Position numbers and translations under genes: made by a program. A stretch of DNA of 45,326 bases from Bdellovibrionales bacterium (GTDB lineage: Bacteria > Bdellovibrionota > Bdellovibrionia > Bdellovibrionales > UBA1609): contig DAHVQG010000017.1 in the NCBI GenBank assembly GCA_027317865.1, forward strand, positions 1 through 45,326. Reading direction: 5' to 3'. The notes below the pieces were generated by a model, which was not told where the DNA came from, did not search any database, and was given only the letters and a program-made list of their open reading frames with translations. Below, one piece after another: positions 27,349-35,596 of the stretch (positions within the stretch are counted from its first letter, which is position 1; each line of letters starts with the position of its first letter).

Positions 27349-28526
27349 ATCTACCGGCCGAGAGTTTATCCGCTCAAGATTTTGCACACCTTAAATCCGC
27401 TCTCGACGAAGCTGCGATTGTCGCGATCACCGATAAGCGCGGAGTTATTACTTACGTAAACAAAAAATTCTGTGCGATTTCACAGTACAGCCGTGAAGAA
27501 TTAATCGGTAAAACCCATCGCGTCATCAAATCGGGTTATCATCCCACAGAATTTTTTGCTGACATGTGGAACACGATCACCAAAGGCGAAGTCTGGGAAG
27601 GCGAAATCTGCAATCGCGCCAAAGACGGCTCCATATACTGGGTACATACGACAATCGTTCCGTTTATGGATGACAGCGGCCGCCCGGTGCAATACGTAGC
27701 GGTTCGTTATGAGATGACGGATCGCAAGTTGGCGGAAGAGCAACTCCGAATCTATTCAAAGAAATTGGAAGTGAGCAATAAAGAACTTCAGGATTTTGCA
27801 TCCATTGCCGCTCACGATTTGCAAGAACCATTGCGAAAAATCCAATCATTTTCGGATCGTTTAAAATTAAAGGTATCCGATAAACTCAACGAAGAGTGTA
27901 CCGATTACTTAAGCCGTATCCAAGCCTCTGCTGAACGGATGCAAATTTTGATCAACGATTTACTTTCATACTCACGAGTGACTACCCGGGCTCAACCATT
28001 TCTGCCGATATCTCTCACCGAAGTGCTCAATCAAGTTCTTGCCGATTTAGAAATTCGAATTGAAGAGTCGCACGGTCAAGTGCTGTTCGATTCGCTCCCG
28101 GTGATAGAGGCCGACGCCACTCAAATGCGCCAGCTTTTTCAAAATCTTGTTGGTAACGCTTTGAAATTTAAAAAACCCGACGCTACCCCTATAGTGCGTG
28201 TCGAAAGTCATACCGTTCAGAACTCGCCATTTGGTCCAATTACGCCGGCGTGTGAAATTCACGTGATCGATAACGGGATCGGCTTCGACGAAAAATACCT
28301 CGACCGGATCTTCACAATCTTTCAGCGTCTGCACGGACGGCACGAATATGAAGGGACTGGCATCGGTCTCGCGGTCTGCCGAAAGATTGTCGACCGTCAC
28401 GGCGGCATAATAACTGCGCGGTCCTTGCCGGGTCACGGCTCGACGTTTATTATCACTCTGCCGGTAAAACAAAAGGAGAACCCAAACAATGGCGAAAAAT
28501 CAGGTCCCCATTCTGGTGGCGGATGA
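27345..28526 (+). CDS. Cytoplasmic PAS-domain histidine kinase
   Basis: PAS (ITD.RGVITYVN.KFC.IS.YS.EEL.G..HR..KSG.H...FF..MW.TI..G.VW.GEI.NRAKDGS.YWV); H-box AHDLQEPLRKI; N and G boxes; no TM. Confidence 0.93.
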   Translation: MNLPAESLSAQDFAHLKSALDEAAIVAITDKRGVITYVNKKFCAISQYSREELIGKTHRVIKSGYHPTEFFADMWNTITKGEVWEGEICNRAKDGSIYWVHTTIVPFMDDSGRPVQYVAVRYEMTDRKLAEEQLRIYSKKLEVSNKELQDFASIAAHDLQEPLRKIQSFSDRLKLKVSDKLNEECTDYLSRIQASAERMQILINDLLSYSRVTTRAQPFLPISLTEVLNQVLADLEIRIEESHGQVLFDSLPVIEADATQMRQLFQNLVGNALKFKKPDATPIVRVESHTVQNSPFGPITPACEIHVIDNGIGFDEKYLDRIFTIFQRLHGRHEYEGTGIGLAVCRKIVDRHGGIITARSLPGHGSTFIITLPVKQKENPNNGEKSGPHSGGG

Positions 28527-28944
28527 CGATCTCGATGACTGCCAAATGATTGAAGATGCGTTTCGAGAAAGCCATCTTTTAAATCAACTTCATTTTGTTC
28601 ACGATGGCGAAGATTTGATTCAATATCTGCATCGAATCGGCAAATTCGAGAAAAATAGCAATGAACCATTGCCTGGTTTGATTTTGTTGGATCTCAATAT
28701 GCCTAAAAAAGACGGCCGCGAAGCGCTGAAAGAGATAAAATCCGACTCAAAACTCCGCCAAATTCCGGTTGTTGTGCTGACGACCTCAAAAGCCGAAGAA
28801 GATATTTACCGTACCTACGATTTGGGAGTGAATTCTTACATCACAAAGCCGGTTTCATTTTTGTCACTTGTTCAAGTCACGAAAGATTTGGGCCGGTATT
28901 GGTTTGAAATTGTCGAGCTGCCCGACACTAAGAAAAGATCCTAA
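28489..28944 (+). CDS. Single-domain response regulator, Rcp1-like
   Basis: ILVADDD, ILLDLNMPKKDG, LTTS...EDI...Y.LG.NSYITKP. Confidence 0.92.
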   Translation: MAKNQVPILVADDDLDDCQMIEDAFRESHLLNQLHFVHDGEDLIQYLHRIGKFEKNSNEPLPGLILLDLNMPKKDGREALKEIKSDSKLRQIPVVVLTTSKAEEDIYRTYDLGVNSYITKPVSFLSLVQVTKDLGRYWFEIVELPDTKKRS

Positions 28945-28946
28945 CC

Positions 28947-30077
28947 GTGAAACCAAACGAATTTCAAATTCTCTTAATCGACGACGATGAAGATGATTTC
29001 GTCCATATACGGAGTCTTTTGTCTGAACTGACGCACAGTCATTATAAAATCACTTGGAAGCCCTCTTTTAGCGAGGGGCTCGAAGCCTTGATTCGCAACG
29101 AAGAACTAAATGTTTTTGATGCGTGTCTACTCGATTACCGCTTGGGCGAACACACGGGTCTTGATATTTTAAACGAAGTGCGGGATTTGAAATCCACGTG
29201 TCCCATCATTTTTCTCACGAGTTATGGTGATTTCGATCTCGATCTAAAAGCGATGGAAACGGGCGCCTCAGATTACTTGCTTAAAGGTTCACTGACTCCT
29301 CAGCTTATTGAGCGCTCCATACGCTATTCGATGAAACACGCTTCAGATTTAAAAGAGCTTCGTGAAAACCGCGCACAAATTTTGCAGCAAGACCGCCTCG
29401 CATCGCTTGGTCTGCTAGCTTCAAGTTTAGCCCATGAAATCGGCACGCCGCTTGGAATTATTCGAAGTCGCGCCGAATTTGCCGAAAAAAAGGCGCTGGA
29501 TAACGAGAGTTTAAAAGGCGACATGGGCGTTATTATTACGCAAATCGACCGCATTTCGAAGCTGGTAAATTCGCTACTACACTTGAGCCGAGGAGGTTTG
29601 TCCGATCACGCATCGGCGATCGATCTCAATCAAGTCATTGACGACGTTTTGACTCTCATCGAACCGGAGTTGAATCGTAAGTCCATTACGCTCGATCGCA
29701 AATGCGCTCCGGGAATACTGGTCAAGGCCGAGAGAGGGCCTTTGGGCCAGGTTTTTCTCAATCTTGTGGTCAATGCCATACATGCAATCGAAGAAGCGAT
29801 TAAAGACGGCACGACGAAGGACCATTGCGTCGAATTTCATGTCGAAATTGTCGATGAGCATGTCATTGTAACGGTTAGCGACACAGGATGTGGTATCAGC
29901 GAAAAAAATATCTCGCAAATTTTCAAACCATTTTTTACAACTAAAGATGTGGGTGTAGGCACGGGGCTCGGACTTGCCACTTCTTACAAACTTGTTCAAT
30001 CCTGGGGCGGGACCATTTCAGTCAAAAGCAAGGAAGGCAAAGGCGCGAAATTCACCATTACACTTTTAAAAAAGTGA
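28947..30077 (+). CDS. Hybrid REC-histidine kinase
   Basis: N-terminal REC (IDDD, LLDY, K); AHEIGTPL; NLVVNA; DTGCGI; FFTTK..GVGTGLGL. Confidence 0.92.
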   Translation: MKPNEFQILLIDDDEDDFVHIRSLLSELTHSHYKITWKPSFSEGLEALIRNEELNVFDACLLDYRLGEHTGLDILNEVRDLKSTCPIIFLTSYGDFDLDLKAMETGASDYLLKGSLTPQLIERSIRYSMKHASDLKELRENRAQILQQDRLASLGLLASSLAHEIGTPLGIIRSRAEFAEKKALDNESLKGDMGVIITQIDRISKLVNSLLHLSRGGLSDHASAIDLNQVIDDVLTLIEPELNRKSITLDRKCAPGILVKAERGPLGQVFLNLVVNAIHAIEEAIKDGTTKDHCVEFHVEIVDEHVIVTVSDTGCGISEKNISQIFKPFFTTKDVGVGTGLGLATSYKLVQSWGGTISVKSKEGKGAKFTITLLKK

Positions 30078-30089
30078 GGGCGTGACGAA

Positions 30090-30515
30090 ATGGACGAAGC
30101 AAAAGATAGCGTCAAAAAGAATAGACGCACTATTCTTGTGGTCGACGACGAAGAAGATTACCGCCTGACTCTTGAACGGCGACTTTTTCAATGTGGCTAC
30201 GACGTCGTTACCGCCGCCAATGGCAAACACGCTATTCAAAAAATTCAAAGCGGAAAGCAATTTAACCTTATTTTGTGCGACTTAAAAATGCCGCTGGTGT
30301 CGGGGCCGGATTTTTTAAAAGTTTTGCGCAAGGCGGGCATTCAAGTGCCGGTCATTGTAATTACCGGCCACCCTGAAAAAGAAAGCGTGCAGAGCGCGGC
30401 GCAGTTCGGCGTATCTGCCGTTCTATTAAAACCGTTCAAACCTAACGATTTGATGAAAAAAATCGAAGAGGTTTTAGCGGCGCATGATTCGAATGCCACC
30501 GCCTCGACCAACTAA
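30090..30515 (+). CDS. Single-domain response regulator (CheY-like)
   Basis: ILVVDDE, LCDLKMP, ITG, LKP. Confidence 0.9.
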   Translation: MDEAKDSVKKNRRTILVVDDEEDYRLTLERRLFQCGYDVVTAANGKHAIQKIQSGKQFNLILCDLKMPLVSGPDFLKVLRKAGIQVPVIVITGHPEKESVQSAAQFGVSAVLLKPFKPNDLMKKIEEVLAAHDSNATASTN

Positions 30516-31420
30516 ATTTTAATTGTCGGCGGTACAACCATAACGGGCACGGCTGACGATAAGATTGCGGACCGTGCCGCACTCCCAAAAAACGCCGTCA
30601 GAAGGCGATTGCGCCCTCGTGTCCCGGTTATCAGTAAATCACAAATTTTCGAAGCTGCCGGTAATTCGTCGACCGCGAGGCCGCGGCGAATTTCATAGGT
30701 AACATTCACGCCGTTTTTTTTTGTTTGCTCCACTTTTTTTTCGAAATCGCGCTCCACTTGTTCTCTTAATTGTTTTTCCCTTAAATCAAAATCATAGGGG
30801 GCAACACCCGTGTCGAGAATGGTTTCTTGAATCGATCTCAACTCATCCCCCAAACAAAATAAAAATCGAACTTCGAGACCTAAATTTTTTGCCAGTTGGA
30901 CAGCATACTGTTCAGCCATTTGTGCAGACTCGCCAAAATCTGTTGCAACAACGATTTTTGGACGTTCCGGTAATCGGCCATTATTTTGCACGTTCGGCCC
31001 CACTACCACGACCGGTCGCGAAGAGTGGCGAATCACGTCTTCGGCAATGCTACCCTCCCAAATATGTTCAAATCCAGTTCGGCCCCTTGTGCCGATGACG
31101 ATAAGTTCAACTTGTGGTTCAGCGTTCGCGACACGCACAATTTCGTCTGCGGGCGGCCCAAATCGCACAATAATTTCCGGTTGAACTTGAAATTTAGACA
31201 ATCGGGCTTCGACCTGCGCCCGGCGCGCCGAAATGACATTCTCAGGCTGACTTACATCAAGATCGCGCATCGCCGTAACGGAAATGTACCCGATCGGAAT
31301 ATCAAACAACCGCGAAAATGACTGCGCACAGGTTTCAACCTGTTCAACAATTTTCATTGCCGGACCTGACGAATCCGATAAGTCATTGGCCAGCAGAATA
31401 CGTTTTTCGTTTGTGCGCAT
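30512..31420 (-). CDS. Tandem-domain universal stress protein
   Basis: Two USP domains: IVIGTRGRTG....EGSIAE.VIR...RPV and ITGTRGR......GSAA..AI....VPVMVV. Confidence 0.92.
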   Translation of the reverse strand: MRTNEKRILLANDLSDSSGPAMKIVEQVETCAQSFSRLFDIPIGYISVTAMRDLDVSQPENVISARRAQVEARLSKFQVQPEIIVRFGPPADEIVRVANAEPQVELIVIGTRGRTGFEHIWEGSIAEDVIRHSSRPVVVVGPNVQNNGRLPERPKIVVATDFGESAQMAEQYAVQLAKNLGLEVRFLFCLGDELRSIQETILDTGVAPYDFDLREKQLREQVERDFEKKVEQTKKNGVNVTYEIRRGLAVDELPAASKICDLLITGTRGRNRLLTAFFGSAARSAILSSAVPVMVVPPTIKI

Positions 31421-31570
31421 AGTTCGCCTCCCGCATCATTTGTATCACGATTATCGTTTGTTGTCGGCTCGCCTCGCCTTTCGTTGAGAGTATTACAATT
31501 TCATGACTTGTTCGAAACAAAAAATAGATCGAAAATGAATGAGAATATTTGACCTTTGAAAGGAGCCAAA

Positions 31571-31864
31571 ATGGCAGCGTCTGACGAAACTATAAAAGGG
31601 ATCTACGAGTTTCTAAAGCATACCCCCGAAGGCAGCGTGCGAAAAATGCTTTGCACAGGCGACCTCACTGACGCACATTTTCGTCTTTTGATGAAATTGG
31701 TTAAAGGGGGTCCGGACTCTGATTTTATCGAGGCTTATCACAACAATAGCATGGCAAAATTAAGGTTAAATCCTAAAGAAGCACCCCTGCGCGACACGTT
31801 TTGGAATATTGTACGCGCCCGTCTCGTCGCCACAGGGCTTTTGCCTGCGGACCAAGCGGCATAA
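31571..31864 (+). CDS. Small conserved hypothetical protein
   Basis: RBS AAGGAG before ATG 31571; compact helical sequence. Confidence 0.7.
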   Translation: MAASDETIKGIYEFLKHTPEGSVRKMLCTGDLTDAHFRLLMKLVKGGPDSDFIEAYHNNSMAKLRLNPKEAPLRDTFWNIVRARLVATGLLPADQAA

Positions 31865-31869
31865 AAATC

Positions 31870-31904
31870 GGTGCAGTTTTTTGCCAACAGTGGCAAACTG
31901 CACC
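31870..31904. other. Bulged hairpin GGTGCAGTTT-ttt-GCCA-acag-TGGC-AAACTGCACC
   Basis: Stem fills most of the gap between the small ORF and the GT9 gene. There is no clear U-tract on the + strand. Confidence 0.5.
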
Positions 31905-31909
31905 CCTTA

Positions 31910-32959
31910 ATGCCTCAAAAAATTTTGGTTATTCGTTTTTCAAGTTTTGGCGACATAATGCAATGTTTGCCAGCCGTAGGCGCTTTGCGTATGCGGAACG
32001 AACAGGCGCACGTTCATTTTGCGACGCGAACCGATTTTGTCGAAGTGGTCCAAGCATATCGAATTTCGCAAGATCAAACGTCTGCCCCTCAAGCACCCAT
32101 AAACTGTGTTTGGGCGCTCGACCGCAAAAGCGGCGTGCGCGGTCTATTTCGATTGATCCTCGACTTACGACGTGAGCGCTATACACACATTTATGACGCT
32201 CACTCGAATTTGCGATCATTTTTAATAACTTCAGCTTTACGCTTGAGCTGCAAATTTAATTTGGCACGACGACCAAAACGCCGAATCAAGCGCCTGCTGC
32301 TTTTTTTGTTTCGTATCAATCTGTTTTCAAAGCCATTTCGCGGCGTAGACTCGTATCTTGAGCCACTTCACGAATGGCTTGGAGATCCCGGCATAACCAG
32401 TAAATTTCACTCGAGTTTTGATTGTTCAACCGTGACTTTTTCAACAGTTCGTCAGGGTCTACCCGCTGATATAGATCAGCGGGTCGCGATCGTGCCTGGC
32501 GCCGCCTGGCCGCTAAAAGAATGGCCAAAAGTCCATTGGCAAACCCTTATTCAATCCCTGGGCAGCCCAGTTCTCGTGCTTGGCGGAAAAGACGACGAGA
32601 TATGCAAAAATCTAGTTGCTCCTTCGGATGCCATTCGCAATTTAGCTGGCGAGCTAACCTGGCTACAATGCTTGTCAATTATAAGCCAAGTTAAAGCTAT
32701 CGTCGCAGGTGATACGGGGCTTATGCATGCGGCGGATTTACTCGGACGCCCAACCGTTGCGCTCATCGGACCGACGGCGTTTGGCTTTCCCAAACAGCCG
32801 ACATCGCGGGTGCTGGAAGTCCCCCTAAAATGCCGTCCGTGCACTAAAGACGGACGCGGCCGCTGTCGCAACAAAGTATATAAAGCGTGTATGACCGGTA
32901 TCGATCCCCACCGCGTGGCCAAAACCATACATGAAGTGAACGACCATGCGGTTATTTGA
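31910..32959 (+). CDS. Glycosyltransferase family 9 (LPS heptosyltransferase, WaaF/WaaC-like)
   Basis: KILVIRFSSFGDI, PGAAWPLKEWP, NLAGEL, GDTGLMH. Confidence 0.9.
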   Translation: MPQKILVIRFSSFGDIMQCLPAVGALRMRNEQAHVHFATRTDFVEVVQAYRISQDQTSAPQAPINCVWALDRKSGVRGLFRLILDLRRERYTHIYDAHSNLRSFLITSALRLSCKFNLARRPKRRIKRLLLFLFRINLFSKPFRGVDSYLEPLHEWLGDPGITSKFHSSFDCSTVTFSTVRQGLPADIDQRVAIVPGAAWPLKEWPKVHWQTLIQSLGSPVLVLGGKDDEICKNLVAPSDAIRNLAGELTWLQCLSIISQVKAIVAGDTGLMHAADLLGRPTVALIGPTAFGFPKQPTSRVLEVPLKCRPCTKDGRGRCRNKVYKACMTGIDPHRVAKTIHEVNDHAVI

Positions 32960-34235
32960 AACTGTTTTTTTCATGCTTTATCGTTTTTTGTTTTGGCCCT
33001 TTGCCATCACGGGCATTTGGCTCGCGAAGAAATATAATGCAAAACTTCAAAAATTTTACGAACAAAGACGTCTACTTCGGCCGCGCGATTCTATGAGTCT
33101 TGCATTTCCCAAACCGCCAATTTGGATTCACGCTGCTTCCGGGGAATTCGAATACGCCAAACCTGTCATTCGACGAATTAAAGACGAAAATCCATCACAA
33201 CCGGTTTTCGTTACGTATTTTTCGCCATCTTACGCCGAATCAATTATTAAAACACCAGGTGTAGATGGCTCGTCGCCTTTGCCGTTTGATTTACCAGGAC
33301 CTGTGCGCTCGTTTTTGGACCGGCTGAAACCCGCGGCACTGCTCATCGCTCGAACCGACGTATGGCCAGAAATAGTCACGCAAACGACTTCAAGAAACAT
33401 CCCCTCTTTGCTGTTTTCGGCGACGCTGAAGCCCCATTCTCAACCACGCGCTTTGTACGACAAATGGATTTATTCAAAACTCTCACAAATTTATGTCCTA
33501 TCACAAAAGGACGAACAACAGTCGTTGAGAGCGGGCATCCGCAATGTCGAAGTACATGGTGATACGCGTTTTGACCAAGTTATTTATCGGCTGGAACATC
33601 CGAAACCTGTCGCGTCTTTTGCGCGCGATGAACGACCCGTACTGATCGCGGGTTCAACCGAGCCAGATGACGAGGCGATATTGCTAACCGCCGTTCAATC
33701 GCTTTTGAAAGAAAATAAATTACGGCTCATAGTCGCACCTCACGAACTCAATCGGCTCGACCCGATCTGCGCGCATTTAAAAAAGGCACAAATTGAATTC
33801 GCGTTGTATTCGAAATTGCAAGAACCACAATTTTCTAAGCAAAGCGAAACACGCGCTCAAGCGCCTGTTCTTTTGATCGATAAAGTTGGCATTCTTGCGG
33901 AGCTTTACACTTTGGCTGACATGGCGTTTGTCGGCGGGTCGTTTCAACGGAAGGTTCACAGTGTAATGGAGCCGCTTGCCGCGGGTCTGCCAACGATTGT
34001 TGGCCCCCACCATTCGAACAATTCTGAGGCCATCGAATTTCAAACCGTAATGACTCCGATCGGCCCGGCCGTGCGCGCGGTTCGAAATGGCGAACAATTG
34101 GCGGCCGAAATCGTGTCGATTCTTACACAGAAAACGGCGTGGGATGAAACGAAGCAAATCATACGTCAAGAGGTGCGCCGTCGAGCCGGCGGTACAGACG
34201 CGGTCATTAATTGGCTTAAGTCGAACATTGTTTGA
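32946..34235 (+). CDS. waaA: Kdo transferase
   Basis: N-terminal TM; IWIHAASGEFE, LPFD, GDTRFD, IAGST, G.LAELY..AD.AFVGGSF, HSVMEP. Confidence 0.9.
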   Translation: MRLFETVFFMLYRFLFWPFAITGIWLAKKYNAKLQKFYEQRRLLRPRDSMSLAFPKPPIWIHAASGEFEYAKPVIRRIKDENPSQPVFVTYFSPSYAESIIKTPGVDGSSPLPFDLPGPVRSFLDRLKPAALLIARTDVWPEIVTQTTSRNIPSLLFSATLKPHSQPRALYDKWIYSKLSQIYVLSQKDEQQSLRAGIRNVEVHGDTRFDQVIYRLEHPKPVASFARDERPVLIAGSTEPDDEAILLTAVQSLLKENKLRLIVAPHELNRLDPICAHLKKAQIEFALYSKLQEPQFSKQSETRAQAPVLLIDKVGILAELYTLADMAFVGGSFQRKVHSVMEPLAAGLPTIVGPHHSNNSEAIEFQTVMTPIGPAVRAVRNGEQLAAEIVSILTQKTAWDETKQIIRQEVRRRAGGTDAVINWLKSNIV

Positions 34236-34291
34236 GCGCGCCATTAGTGTTAGCCTTGTTGGCTGATATTTAAAAAATGAGGAATGCGCCC

Positions 34292-35581
34292 ATGCAAAAA
34301 ACAAAATTTTTACCCCTGCGAAGTGTACCGGCTTCTTCTAGATTTAAAAGCGGCGATACCTTGGTTGTTTTCGGTGAAGTGTTTGCGCGTGGTTACGTCA
34401 ATGGATTAATTGACGTCGCTAAAGCACATGGTCTCAATGTGGTTTATGCTACTGCCGGCCGCCGCGATGAAAATCAAAACCTTCGTGCGTTAACGGCTGA
34501 AGAAATTCAAGAAAAAAACCAATCGCCATTGATAAATGTCCCGCTTGAAGCGGGATTTGATCTTGAACCTCCCCGGCCTGTTGATCAACTTAAAGGCTAC
34601 GGTCTCACGGGATGGGAAGATGCTCAACTCGATTGGGATTCGATCGAATTGAGTCGAAAACGGGGCGAAGAGCGTTTTCGAAAAAACGTAACGTTATTTT
34701 TAAATGAACTGCGCAAACACATCGATGTAAAAAAGAATTTGATTTTCGCGCACACGATGGCTGGGGGCTTCCCGCGGGCGAAGGTGGTCATGCCCATCGC
34801 CAATAAAATCTTTAAAGGTTCAGGTGCACGTTATTCATCAAGCGCTGTTTTTTGGCAGAGCGAAATCGGCCGCCTTTGCGCCGAAAGTTTTCAGGATGTG
34901 ACGGCTGAAACCTACCGGCATCTGATTGAACTTTCAGGCGACCTTCGTCACGAGATCGAAACAAATGGCGCAAGCGTACATTATTTAGGTTACGGTTATC
35001 ACGGCAATGAAGTGCTGATCGGCGATCAGTACACATGGTATTCGTATTCGCCCTACCTGCAGGGCTTTGCCAAACTCCGGCTCGAAGACATTTCAAAAGA
35101 AGCGTTTGCCGCAGGGGTCAAATCGACCATTTTTAACGTTCCTGAAATCCTCACGAATAGCAGCAGCATATTTTTAGGAGTTGAAGTTGTACTTTACCCC
35201 CTTATGCGCGCGCTAAAAAGAGAAGCGGGCTCAATGCGGGTCCGTGAAATTCTCGAAAAGGCGCAATCGAAACTTAAAGACAGCGTAACACTTGAAGACA
35301 TTGACCGGATCACGCAAGACTATCTTACCAATCCGACCGTACGTGCCTGGCCAAAGTTCGAGGGATGGCCACAACACAATGGACCCGAACAAATGGAACT
35401 TATGCGAGCAGCTTCGACACAGCTTATCGACTTACACAAAAATCCAAAAGATTTAATGACGGCCGAGTTAAGTGAGGTTGTGTTTCGCGCCTGTAGCGAA
35501 AATATGTTTCGTGAAATCAGTGAGCCGCGCGCACCCGTGGCGTGGATCGGCCACGATTTGGTCGCTAAATCTTCGGTTTAA
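34292..35581 (+). CDS. Enoyl-ACP reductase, FabMG family
   Basis: Recalled family motifs VFGEVFARGY.NGL, INVPLEAGFD, HTMAGG.PRAK, YGYHG.EVLI, Y.PYLQG.AK..LE, PEILTNSS, WIGHD. Confidence 0.72.
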   Translation: MQKTKFLPLRSVPASSRFKSGDTLVVFGEVFARGYVNGLIDVAKAHGLNVVYATAGRRDENQNLRALTAEEIQEKNQSPLINVPLEAGFDLEPPRPVDQLKGYGLTGWEDAQLDWDSIELSRKRGEERFRKNVTLFLNELRKHIDVKKNLIFAHTMAGGFPRAKVVMPIANKIFKGSGARYSSSAVFWQSEIGRLCAESFQDVTAETYRHLIELSGDLRHEIETNGASVHYLGYGYHGNEVLIGDQYTWYSYSPYLQGFAKLRLEDISKEAFAAGVKSTIFNVPEILTNSSSIFLGVEVVLYPLMRALKREAGSMRVREILEKAQSKLKDSVTLEDIDRITQDYLTNPTVRAWPKFEGWPQHNGPEQMELMRAASTQLIDLHKNPKDLMTAELSEVVFRACSENMFREISEPRAPVAWIGHDLVAKSSV

Positions 35582-35596
35582 TTATACGAGCACGGA

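Noticed and set aside
19872-31429. AGTTCGCCT present upstream of both nrdJ (19872-19880) and usp (31421-31429)
   Set aside because: It is only 9 bp, overlaps the RBS region, and sits at different offsets, so it is too weak to call a shared operator.
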